From Antedon mediterranea (taxonomy: Eukaryota; Animalia; Echinodermata): a stretch of DNA of 64,000 nt. The first letter of the stretch is position 1. Every line of letters begins with the position of its first letter. The stretch spans positions 12,958,001-13,022,000 of the forward strand of contig NC_092671.1 in the NCBI RefSeq assembly GCF_964355755.1. The letters are read 5' to 3'. The position numbers were made by a program, and so were the translations under genes. Shown in pieces: positions 51,965 to 64,000 of the stretch. A model generated the notes under the pieces. It saw nothing but the letters and a program-made list of their open reading frames with translations, was not told the DNA's origin and did not search any database.

Positions 51965-54945
51965 AGTTAACAAAGCGAAAATACAATAACAACTATTGTA
52001 CAACTATGACCTTTTTTTTTTCAACCACTGACCTGAAGTGCGGCATATTACTATTTACCATTTAAAAACATGGCTATATTTGAATTAAAGAATCCTTCCA
52101 ATATATTTACAATAGACAGTAATTCAAATGTAATATAATGAAAATAATTCATTCATATATATTTTTTTATTACTACATTACACAAGATGTATTTATCGAG
52201 TATTACTTTTACAATGTCTCAAGACATGAAGAAAAAAACCTATCTAATGCCTCATTGCAGATGATAGTTTATGCAGCATAAATAGATAATTATGCATATG
52301 ATTTGAGATGCAATTTTCATTTACTGTTTGATGAAATAGATTTTAGAATTAAAAAAAAACATTCACAAATGAATCAGTATGAATTAATAATTATTTAATA
52401 CAAATATATTTAAAATATGGTGTTTTATATTGTAGTTCAGAAAATTAAATTAAATATTTAATATGCGATATAAATCTGATTCAGGAAATTAAAAAAAAAT
52501 GTTGTGTGCCGTTAATGATTGTGAAAATCACTGCTTTTAATTAATAAATACAGTAAAATGTATTGTGTTAAATTATATTAAATAAATTTATAAACAACAA
52601 TCCTGATTTACAAAATTATAAACATTTTTTTTTAATTACCGTAACCTTATCAACTTATGACTCGCATACAAAAGGTGAAATGGAAAATATCTGTCCGCTT
52701 TTGTGATTTAGCTCTATAAAAAGCATCACTCGCACTGCAGTATGTAAAGGTTAAGATATAAAAAATGTTATTAAAATTTTTTGTATCGTCAACTATTGTT
52801 TTTAATATCCCATGACAATTTGACATGTTTTGTTGTTAATTTGTAAAATACAGTATTCATTACTTTTAAAAGAAAAGAGTAATCCTTCTGGTGAAAGACC
52901 TAATATCTTTATGTTTCATTTTGATGACGTCATCATGTTAAAAATTGGAATAATAGGCGGGTCCCGTAATTTTACCGAAGCTACACTATATGTTAAGTAT
53001 GTATACAGAATTTAGTGTATACTACTTAGACACAAAATAGATAGCACACTGAAACATTTTATTTTCTTCGGAGCATAGGCCTAATCTTTTTTCTGTGCGC
53101 AATATTCTGACGTATGATGTGCACATGGTTTGTCGTGCAGATAACTAACTCGTCAAAAGTGACGAGTTCAAATCTAGTTATGATTAGATTATGAGTTGGG
53201 CCTCTATTAATTGAACCTCTATTGATTAGACCTCTATTGGTTGGACCTAAACAAAAAAGGTTTCAGGTTAATAGCTTCTATGACATTTGGCTTGGATGCA
53301 ATAATAAAAAGGGAAAACAATGACTAACAACGACAAGTCTTAAATAGTGAATATATCTAGGCATCAGTAAAATGGATTCACTTTGAATTTAGATGTACAT
53401 TCTGAATATTACACTAAGGAGATGCTCTTGCCGATCGATACTTGCACAATCTTGATAGGCTATTCAACCAATGCTTTGAATTTTAATCAGAGAGAGTCTC
53501 AAAGATTATTCAGAAATCTTACACTAGTATCAGCTATTTCCAAGAAACTGTTTCCATTTTTTTACTTAAATTCAATTTGAAATCCTATGAGGTATACTTA
53601 AAGATTTTAAAACAGGGTCTTTCCTTTAATTACTAATCTTCTATGTTAAATAAATTGATTACTCTAATTTGCGTTTGCATTAGAAAAACATTACCGCCAG
53701 CCTGCTATAGGCAATGATAGACTATACGAGTAGTGACTCAGTTAGATAGGTCACATGTGCATATCGACGTATATATTGTCTAAAGGCCTCAATATTATAT
53801 GGTAATTTTCGATCATATATTTGTATTCAATGTACAGTATAATTAAAACATTTTTTTTAATTTCCTATGTAATTTATACCTTATCCTAATGTTATGGAAA
53901 TATAGTTTACCTCTTTTTGTAATTTCATGAAAACATTTCTGTAAAATCTTTATTACCTTTGAATATTCAGATCTTATAAAAAATAAAATTAAAAAACAGT
54001 AGCTAAATTCTGTGTATGTGTTTGGGCTTTACTAACAGAGCCAAAATTATTAGTAAGGTATCGTTTTAGTACTGTATTTTGTCATAGGAGAGTTTTGATG
54101 AACCTTAATTTGACATCCCAGCTGTTTTGGTTTACTATCAAAACTAGTTTACATGGATGTGTCTGTCTGCCAGTTTAATAGGACCTCCTTTGTATCGATG
54201 GATTACACCTAAAATAAAAACTGCAGCAAGGTACAAAATATCTTTAGAAAAAAATGGCAAATTGAATTGCACAACTACATATTGGTATTGTTCTAAAATA
54301 TTCTTGTACATTCGAATATTAAAACCATTCAAGAGAGAGGAAATATGATGTATGTGTACAAGCTTCGATGGTTTGAGTCTTGTCCCATTTATCATCTCCT
54401 TAGGCTAAACATAATTGTGTCTGTGAATTTTAAATGTATGCAAGTACTAGAGAAACCTGAAATATGGTGCATGCTACCTAAAGGCAGGTTACAATGTGCT
54501 TTTAGCTGACACATAATGGACAATAACATGCCTAATAATTACTTTGAATATTTTCCGTACTGTATGCGAGGAATGCGTTTTCTTTATGGTATTCTTAATA
54601 ATGTTTGTTCTTATTGCAATGTAGTCAAATATAAAAAAGTAATACCCTGCATAGTTTATTATAGTTAATTGCATTGCAACAAATGGGACTCTTTGGTTGC
54701 TAAAACACAACTAAATCTTAGCAAATTACTGCACATGGTTACAAGCCAATCTCTTTTGAGGTTTCCTTTCCATTTTTTTTTTAATGAAGAAGTTTGAGTG
54801 TCTGCAAAATTTCGCAATTGCTGAATCATAATGGTTTGTAGCATGTACAACATATTTGACGCTACTACTCTGTGGCTAAAAGAGGCATTTATTTATCCTT
54901 ATGTATGTGCTTTAACTAAATAACAATTTACTTTTTTTTATACAG

Positions 54946-55076
54946 AAATACAACAATGACTGGTGGATAGGGCGTGTAGTGAAAGAAGGAGCAGACGTAG
55001 GATTCATACCAAGTCCAGCTAAACTTGAGAGCACAAGGCTACAACCCTCAAGTAGTAGAAGCAAACTTATGGCCAA
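54946..55076 (+). CDS. CACNB: Cav-beta exon 5, SH3 into HOOK ([43 protein letters not shown])
   Basis: ttttttatacag| acceptor, CAA|GTAAGT donor, 131 nt, phase 0-2. Signature [17 protein letters not shown]. Confidence 0.98.
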
Positions 55077-56255
55077 GTAAGTTTTACACATAATTTAATT
55101 TAATGTCAAATAAATTATTGCATTTAAAAAAATATTGTCCAGATGATTGATTATAATCATTTATTTTCTGTATCATACAAAGTTGAAGCAAACTGTGACA
55201 AAAAGCCATGTCATCTGAAATTTGCAATTTAGAAATTTGCTTGTAACCAGCATTAATAATGTTGACAAATTGCTATAATCAAATTAGCACTTACCAATAA
55301 TTATTTGAAAAAAAGCAAAGCAGGTGAAAGGTTTGTTAATATATTTTTGATGAATCACATTATTACAAGAAACTTTGTTTTAATATTAATTACCTGAATG
55401 ATTCTGGCAGAATATTCGTAATTAAAATTTAAAAATCCACATGAAGGTGCAACATCTTTAATTTAATTTTCTCACTCCACCCATGGAGCTGATGTTTACA
55501 AAACATTTCATAAACATTCAAAATTTTAATTATCTGCATGAACGTAATAGAGAAAAAAATACAAACTATTGTAATTTCATCGCAGTATCCAAAAAAGGTG
55601 ATCTAAGGAGAAGTTATTAGACAGGCTGATGTACCTGATCATCCTTATTTAATTGAACTAGCATACTGCCATAAACATATAAAAAGCAAATCAAATTTCA
55701 TGTTTCCTTTGTTAATATGAACATCGTACTTTTGAATCATCAAAAACCAATTAACAATATTGTGATCATTGTTTTTTGTTGTTATTATTGTGCAACTGAA
55801 GTTTCACTTTATCTACATGTATTTATATGCCATAATTTGACATCTAATTTCATTTTAAAAAAAATGTCTAATGCAAATCAATTGTTTTTTTTTCCAAAAA
55901 TCAAATTAACAAATCTGTTTAACTTCCCGTATTTAATTTGTTTAAATAAACATTACAATATAACCAGAAAAATCAATAGTAAAAATTGGTAACTATAGCA
56001 ACGTAGTATTTTCTCTTACTAGCATCAATTGAATGCTAATTTTGTTTTGTTCATTAATATAACAAAAAGAACAATTCTGTCCTGTATTCTGGCACATTTG
56101 AACAGTTAAAATCCATAGATTTGGCATCTAAATCAAAATAAAAAAATTCATATAATTAAATTTATGGTCACTTTCTGAGTATTTTCTTAATCACATGATA
56201 CCATACTCTCATACTCTATATTGGTGGATTTTTAAATCTCTTTAATTATCATTAA

Positions 56256-56404
56256 AGCTCTGTCTAAATTTTACGTGACAAAACAATTTGATGTGCCCAT
56301 TTATGGACATGATAATGTCATATCACTACCATATTTGAGCATATCACTATCATATTTGAGCACTTTTTTTGTCAAACTAGTTTGATGATAGTGTAGACAG
56401 AGCT
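56256..56404. mobile_element. Tourist/PIF-Harbinger-like MITE (149 bp)
   Basis: TIRs AGCTCTGTCTA / TAGACAGAGCT; TAA TSD at 56253-56255 and 56405-56407. Confidence 0.85.
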
Positions 56405-57481
56405 TAATAAGAAACACAATTTTTCTTCCATTAGATAATTTAAATAAAATACAGATAATAAAAAAAAAAATTATTCAATTTTAATGTTATTACATAATCA
56501 TATCTCTATTAAACAATAGAAATGTATAGTCAAGCTCTTTCTGTTTATTTCACAAGGGGTTAGAGTATACTTTTGAACACAAAATTGTTATTTTTGTTCA
56601 CGTATTAAAGTAAAATTTTAAAATATGTGAAGCAGACCGTATTCAAGTGAATTCTTTCATTACGATCTAAAATTATGTCTTTTTATTGAAATTGTTCGCT
56701 TGAGTGAAACTACAGTTGCATGTTTTATGTCAAAAGTATAGTGCATTATTATCATAATATTAAAAATGAGAACATGCCATTGAGGTATTAAAAGCGAATT
56801 GTACTTTTAATCCATGCTAAAATTATGATTATGCCGATTCTGTCACCCGTTTTATCGCCATGGTGATATCATACGTTATTGAAAAGATGAATCGCATGCC
56901 TTCCTTACTAAGTTGAACCCAAGTAGATTTTTTTTTGCCTTTTTTTATTTCAAATTAAGTATTGCACATATGCTAAAATTATAATTATTATTAAAAAATA
57001 TTTCAAAATTGATGAAAAACAAATCTTAATAGGTTTTCAATTTCTTTTTTCTCCTACCTTCCTCCAACCCTTGTTTTGTATTATCTAACATTCTTATTAA
57101 TTGCCACTATGTTATGTTTTCATCCTCTTTATGTTCTATTTCTTTATGCCTGTTTATTTATCTTAAATTCTATTGCATTTCTCCTTTTTAATGTTTTTAC
57201 TAACTATAATGATTAATCTTTGATATGATTTGTTGTACAAATGTTTATTTCTTGGCCAATTTCATACGATTTTGGTACAATTGCTTTGAAATACTAACAA
57301 CTATACTTGCGCAACAATTGCTCACTATACCTTGCTATTTATAATAACACTTAAGTAGCAGTTCGACAAGAACGTCATTAGAACAAGCTGGTAAAAGTTC
57401 TTCGTTCCTAAATAACAACAAAGCAGCAACCCTACCTTTGAATAGTAAAAGTAGTTACCCAACTTCCCCCCGACACAGCAG

Positions 57482-57585
57482 GTCTACAAGTGGTCTTAGT
57501 TCCAGCTCGAACCTTGGTGACATCATGGTCCTACCAAACTCAAAATCTTCAAACAACTCAAGAGGATCAACACCACCAACGCCAG
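57482..57585 (+). CDS. CACNB: Cav-beta HOOK exon core (STSGLSSSSNLGDIMVLPNSKSSNNSRGSTPPTPG); the 5' boundary may extend to 57356-57362
   Basis: Phase-2 CAGCAG acceptor (57476-57481), CCAG|GTATG donor in phase 1. SSS.LGD and RGSTPPTPG motifs are typical of the Cav-beta HOOK. Confidence 0.9.
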
Positions 57586-57621
57586 GTATGAACTTTTATT
57601 TTACAAAAAATGTAATAATAA

Positions 57622-58821
57622 GGCCAAATAAAAAAACATACTTGTTAAGCGTCACCGCCCGCTCCTGATTATCCAGCCGCCTCTCTTTTTATTTTTATTT
57701 TTTTTTTACCGATATACAACGGAAAGTTCAGCGGCCCGGCCCAGCTCCAGAGTAGGGCTCGAAATACACGCTAGCAAACTAGCATTTTGCTAGTAGATTC
57801 TTCATAATTGCTAGTTGAAAATTTCAAAACTAGCAAATGTTTGTTAGGCTAGTGTAATTTTTGAAAAATACGTACTTTTTAGCTTAGCCAACGCTAGCCG
57901 CCGATCGCTCTATGGGCAATTTGGTGAAAACAATTGTTTCATTTACACGCCGCCGATTTACGTCAAGGAAACGCGAATAGCACCGTGAATCATGTAATGT
58001 GGTAAACAGCAAGCTTTTTCCCCAACACATTAAATCATGTGCATTTAGTACGTCGCTGAGGATTACATCATCAGTCACGTGATTACAGAATACGCGATTA
58101 TCAATTTAGGGATTTAACGAAATAAATATTTTGCCTACACAGTGGTCGAAGCGCGTTTTTTTATAGGTTCGTAAATAGGAAACACCCCATACATAATGGA
58201 CTCTACCAATTTTGTTTACGATGATCTCGCGCTCGAGATCGGCACACCACGAGGTCCTGTTGGGCGATGGGTTTCCTTATGCCTGGTTTACCTGTGGAAT
58301 ACATACACTTTTTGCATCACAACTTTAAATACTGATTTACACAGCAATTGGCAAAGGATTCATCAAAGAAGAATGAATAAGTTGAATAAAAATTCACTTA
58401 AGAAATGCCGTAAGCTGTTTTCAAACTATAAATCAGCCCACTATTTAGTATTATTGAGACCAAATCATGCTTCTCGCGATAGGGAATTTCCTGGATAGAT
58501 GAGTCGAGCGAGAGACGGCGGATGGCCGATGAGTGAGGCGGGGGTAGCAGCTTGGACGGATTAGTTAGCCTAGGGCCTAGGATATAAACAATACAAAACT
58601 CTCAATTTTGTCTTAGGCAATAATATTTCATACATAGTCAATTTTGTTCTGTTTCGCATTTTAAAAGTTTGACGTTTCGTCCTAAAAAAAGTGGGCCAAA
58701 GCGTCCACCGCGCAAAAATATACCTCCATAAAAAGTAAAAAAAAAAAAAAAAAAACCGTCCCCCCGCCCCTGAAAATTTATGAGGATGTGACGCTTAACA
58801 AGTATATTTTTTTATTTGGCC
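57622..58821. mobile_element. Non-autonomous TAA-targeting DNA transposon (PIF/Harbinger- or Zator-type), 1.2 kb
   Basis: 34-bp TIRs GGCCAAATAAAAAAACATACTTGTTAAGCGTCAC / GTGACGCTTAACAAGTATATTTTTTTATTTGGCC; TAA TSD on both sides; CpG-rich interior. Confidence 0.9.
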
Positions 58822-60129
58822 TAATCTTATTTGTAGATTAAACTGCCAAATTTTTATTCAGAATTATCCATTGAAATGTAAGTTTTCACCCATTTTATTT
58901 ATGTCCACCTACTGTATTATTATGGTCAAATTTTGTAAAATACTGTACTTTTCAGCCTTTTGGCTGCTGTTGTATTTTTTATGTCTTTTTTTTATGAATA
59001 AATATACCTGATTATTATTACAAAACCTCTACTCCTCCACCCCCTCGACCTAAATTTGTGTATTCATAGTACATGAAGTCCTAATGTTTTTCAACATTTT
59101 AGTTTGAATAATTGAAAATATCTTCAAAATGTTAAAACAACTTTATGGTAATCAAGCATTCAAATTAACTCATTATTATAATTATATATTTTTGAAGAAC
59201 TGTTATATTATTTATAGTTGGTTTAGACAATATTAATAAACAAATGGTTATGAAACTATAAATAAGATCAAAGTTGTCATTATATTATAAACTGTGTGAA
59301 ATGAATTCATCGTGAATGAGGATAATACAGTGGCTGTGTAATGCTTGAAAATACACATGTATACATTAAGAATAACATTAGTGGAAATGATGTGTGGGAT
59401 GACGTATTACGAACTAAAGTATACTACGTTTTCTAATACTATATTTGTTCAAGAATATTCTAAACTGTACTTTAGATCTATTTTATATTTGTTTATAACA
59501 ATACCTTTTACAATAATAACAACCTACAGAAAAACAATAAAACAACACCCACATTTCCTTTTTTAAATTTACACTTTGTAGATGTCCTTAATTATATGTT
59601 TTCATAAGTAGAAAATGTAGATTAGCTAATTATAATCATTTTCATGTACTCTCTCCAGACACACCTTTCTGATCCACCCATTCTGCTTTCTTGTTTTGTC
59701 TCCTACCCACACTTGCCATTAAATTGAAAGACTACTGTACCACACACTAAATCTCCACTCCCTCATATTATCCCCTTGATACCAATCTATCATCACCTTG
59801 GACCATCTTAGTTAATTTACAATTATATTAATGTGATATTGATAAATACTATAATATATGTTCAGCAGATGTATGTACAGTATAATCATTTGTTTGTTGG
59901 GCTGTATTTAATAAAATTATGTTTTTATTACTAAAACATTAACTACATGCACTTGTAATTAATACCTATCAAATAATCTTATAAATTGTCCATTTGTGTA
60001 CTGAATTTAGCTGTATTACTAAATAAGACAAGGTGTGATTAGATTTCTGTGTAGCTGAATCTTTTTGAATGTAATAATAATAAATAATAATATTCAATAT
60101 ACAAAGACATCTTTAGACCTATGAGATTT

Positions 60130-60335
60130 GGATAGGATACTTGACTATCGTATGGAAAGACCCATGGATTGCACTCGCCTGTAAATGAGTACCTGGTTGA
60201 AAACAATAGGGAGAAAAAGGCAGCATGGAAAGGTACTGACCATCCTTCCATCCAGATAATTCCCAGGTTTATACTGTACTACAATCAGCTCATTGCCCAC
60301 ATTCATAAAGAATTCAGAACTTACCTTTACTTATT
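60130..60335 (+). mobile_element. SINE 3' fragment
   Basis: GTAAATGAGTACCTG core-like motif and CTTACCTTTAC tail, like the SINE at 43305. Confidence 0.45.
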
Positions 60336-60442
60336 AATCTATCAATCATTGTTCACAATTTAAAATAATTTGGTTGCCAACCACAGTCATTAGAACATTT
60401 TTATGTTTGTCTTCTAATACCTAATTGGATGGTTTTTCTCAG

Positions 60443-60493
60443 TTGTTGAATACATATATAACATACTTATCAACACAATGAGTATTCTGAGAG
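60443..60493 (+). CDS. CACNB: Candidate 51-nt symmetric cassette exon in the HOOK (VVEYIYNILINTMSILR)
   Basis: tttttctcag| acceptor with CTAAT branch-like motifs ~20-30 nt upstream, GAG|GTAAGC donor, phase 1-1, no stop in frame after 57585. No homology support. Confidence 0.5.
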
Positions 60494-60879
60494 GTAAGCG
60501 AATCAAAACACAAAATGATATGCACAAAATAGGTGCATTATGGGTGCAATTCAAGCATGATTTATCACTTGATTTATACATTACATTTTTTTATAAACTT
60601 TTTCCAGAATTTAATGCTTTTAAATTAGCATGATTTTTTTTTTTTTATCATTTTGAGTTTCCATTCTTGATTAAACAAAAGTATACGATGCACCCTCTTT
60701 TTGAAAGATATTTATACTTTTCCATTTCCAACTTTTATGACAATATTTTCAATATTGGTATTACACAAAATAAAAACAAATGTTAATGATGGTTGTTGTG
60801 TAATTAAATCACTCTTTCATTTTTAAATTATACCCAAGACCAATCTTTAATAATTCCACCCATGTTATGATATAAGTAA

Positions 60880-61540
60880 TTCAAATGATATTCTTATGAT
60901 AGATTATGAAATCTTATGATATAAATAATGAAATCTTTAGATATAAATAATGAAATCTTTAGATATAAATAATAAAAATCTTAAGAAAAGTAATGAAATC
61001 TTATAATATAAATAATAAAATCTAAAATTATATAAAGGATAAAATCTTATGACATAAATAATAATAATTTAAAGATATGAATAATACAATTCTTAAAATA
61101 TAAATAATAAAAATCTTAAGATAAGTATTAATGAAATCTTATAATATAAATAATGAAATCTTATAATATAAATAATAAATTCTTAAATATATAAATAATG
61201 AAATCTTAAACTATATAAGTAATGAAATCTTATAATATAAATGATAAGATCTTAAATTATATAAATGATAAGATCTTACATTATATAAATGATAAACTCT
61301 TATGATATAAATAATAAATCTTATGATATAAATAATAATAATCTTAAGAAAATAATAATTTAAAGATATAAATAATAAAAATCTTAAGATACTGTAAGTA
61401 ATGAAATCTTATGGTATAAGTAATGAAATCTTATGATATAAATTATCAAATCTTATGATATAAATGTAAAATCTTAACATATGAATAATAAAGATCTGTT
61501 GATATAAATATTAAAGCCATATGATAAAAATAATAAAGTC
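60880..61540. repeat. AT-rich ~21-23 bp minisatellite (AAATAATGAAATCTTATGATAT)
   Basis: About 30 degenerate units seen directly. Confidence 0.9.
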
Positions 61541-62552
61541 TATCAATGTAAGGATGGGGTTAAATTTTCTTGCGTCATCCGCCTTAACTTTTAATAAGTA
61601 AATGTGATGGTCTAAACAAAGCAAATGAGCTGCCAACATTGGTATAGTTAATGATTTCAAAGACACTATACAATTAAAAGAGCACTTAATGAAGAAACTG
61701 AACTAACTAAGCATATGGATCGTCTCCATGCAGTCTGTAGTTGTCATAAGATGCATGAAGAAGATTTTCTTTTAGTTTAGTATTCTAGGACACGTAAAAT
61801 GTCAAAATAATTTTAATAACGATTAAAAAACATGAATTTCTCAATGTATGGTAATGCAAATTTCAAACAATGTTTCATGAGTTCGACAAAATAGATTATA
61901 TTGAATTAAATTCAATCATTTGATCTTGTTTCCATGATGATTCAAATATTTTTTGATTCTCGAAATATGTTTCCATTTAATTTTATTGTTTAAAAAATGA
62001 TTAGTATTATGATTTAGTTTTAAATTCATGTGAAACTGATTTCTTAGAATTATAAATCTTTAAATTTGATCCAAGTTTATTTATTTGATTAGTTTAAAGA
62101 GCTCTATCATCAGTCAATTGCATTTTTTTTTGCCTAGTAATTTAAAATTCATACTCATAAAGAGGAAGTGTTTTTAATTAATTCAATTTTAATGAGTAAT
62201 TGATTTTCTTATCATAAAGTTAGACATATTATTGGCCAACTTAGACGCAATTATACTTTTATGTATGAAGAAGCTTAGTGTTGAAATTTGTGACTTGATG
62301 AATCATAAAACTCTGATTCTAAATTTCATTAATCTGCTTTTCTGAAATATTCCAGCAGGTATATTTTTATGGTACTTTTCCATTTTAAAAAAGAGTTTGT
62401 TTCATTTCCACTGTTCTCTCCTAGTTCTGTGTCTTGGAAGTTTTTCACATATTATGGTGAAGAATAATTTAAAGATGGAGATGGGACTATACTAGTTAAC
62501 TGTGGATTTTACATTGTGTAGTCATCCCAAACCAGTACTGTCAGTGCTTCGT

Positions 62553-62905
62553 ATAGAGTTCTGCGGTGTGACGTCACAACGATAGATGGCGCTGCGTGAT
62601 TGCTAGCGCAACCAAAAATGCATTCATTGTATATTTCTATCAAATTATGTATCTTAGCTTGATTTTTTAGACTTAAACTGTAGTTGAAGAATAAATAGAT
62701 TATTAAAAACAAATATTAGTGATCTTTAGAAATTTTAGTTTGCTTTTATTGAAAATTATTATGTTTTAAAATGACTACTTCAATAATCTTATTCCAGACC
62801 ATTGGTGGCCTTGTAGTCACTTGTGGAGGTTGAACGCAATTTTAGATTGGCTAGAAACCACGCAGCGCCATCTACTGTCGTGACGTCAGCACCGCAGAAC
62901 TCTAT
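62553..62905. mobile_element. MITE with long TIRs (353 bp, AT-ended)
   Basis: ATAGAGTTCTGCGGTG-TGACGTCAC..TAGATGGCGCTGCGTG is mirrored by CACGCAGCGCCATCTA..GTGACGTCAGCACCGCAGAACTCTAT; inverted similarity extends ~75 bp. Confidence 0.88.
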
Positions 62906-64000
62906 CACATGGAAAAATATTGTAAATCTTTATCTCTGGGAGAAGGGTTGTCAAACGGTCATTGTGTAGTTTGTTGCTGGTGATGTAAAAGGAGTATAAG
63001 AAATATTCTGGAGTCTTTTGTAAATTTGACATGAAATGCTAGACATGTTCATTTAAATCCAAGATCTTCCAAGAAAGAGTCCAGTTACAAATCCAATAAT
63101 CATCCTAGGTTTTCCCTTTCCAACAATCCTAAATCATCATCTCAACTTTATTAATAAGGCTATGGATAATTATTGATTCCTATGGGAAAATAAAAGATTT
63201 TCTTAGAGTCCTGTTCCATCTGCGAATTTTCTTCCTTGTCTATGAAGGCTATAAAATAATAAGATTTTTTTTCTCAGAAAAATATGGTAGTTAATTCTGC
63301 CTAAAAATCAGTCTAGCGTCTGTCTTGGGATAAGACAGAACATTTTGTAAAACTGTTCTTATCCCCATTGGGAAATCTAGACCTTTCAGAGTAAAAGTCT
63401 AAATGTCATCCACCAACCCTTAACCAGCCTCTCTTAATAGCTTATTTTTATGCAGTTTAGGGAAGTATTTCATAGAAAAAATGCCTATTTTTTATTCCTA
63501 TGGGAGAATCTAGGATATCTGAGAAATGATCCAGTGATATTAACCGGCCACTGCTCCTCCTTCCCTCACCACAGTTTTGTCTCGCATTGTACAAGATACT
63601 TGTTTTCTGTGTGTAAACAATTTTGGAGTATTAATATGACAAAACATGCACATCAAATATAATATTCAAGATGTAAATCAGTATAATAGAAGGTATTAAG
63701 AGGATTTTTCCCCTAATAACTTGAAGTAAATATATAGCAGTATATTTAAATTATAGTAATTACCAGACTAAAAGGTGATACATTTAAAACAAAAACAAAA
63801 CATTGAAAAAGATACTGAAGCTAATGGAAGCCATGCTTTGGATACAAGTGAATCTGAAGGCATTTAGCATATTTCCTATTTTCAACAATAATTCAACTGA
63901 ATTCTTCTCATAAACTTAAACATTCTACAATATGTGGTACATTATTATGCATTAATACTAACCATGTTTTTGAATGTGATTTTACATCCTATTCAAAATA

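Noticed and set aside
62350-62365. ttccag|CAG|gtatat as a 3-nt microexon or ratchet point
   Set aside because: Weak donor and short pyrimidine tract; cannot be separated from chance.

Overview
Eukaryotic, AT-rich, intron-dominated animal DNA; a Deu-domain SINE and the repeat types suggest an invertebrate deuterostome, probably an echinoderm (inference). The window holds the 5' half of a + strand voltage-gated calcium channel beta subunit gene (CACNB/Cav-beta). Six phase-consistent exons are visible: 12543-12659, 29471-29560, 42123-42245, 47468-47590, 54946-55076 and ~57482-57585, covering the N-terminus, SH3 domain and HOOK; the guanylate-kinase domain lies beyond the window. Intron 2 carries at least two alternative first coding exons (190 aa and 29 aa). 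The HOOK exon has several in-frame acceptors, and there is a candidate 51-nt cassette exon. Upstream is a ~7.2 kb foldback-type element (1651-8874): ~34 bp terminal inverted repeats with a palindromic core enclose two oppositely oriented arrays of a 106-bp satellite whose monomers carry half of that palindrome. The rest is MITEs, tRNA-derived SINEs and minisatellites. TAGGCCTA/TACTGTA/TACCGTA words are abundant and, inside tandem arrays, can be seen as insertions at TA, which fits transposon excision footprints. Most ORFs in the supplied track are spurious. All calls are from manual reading; no searches were run.
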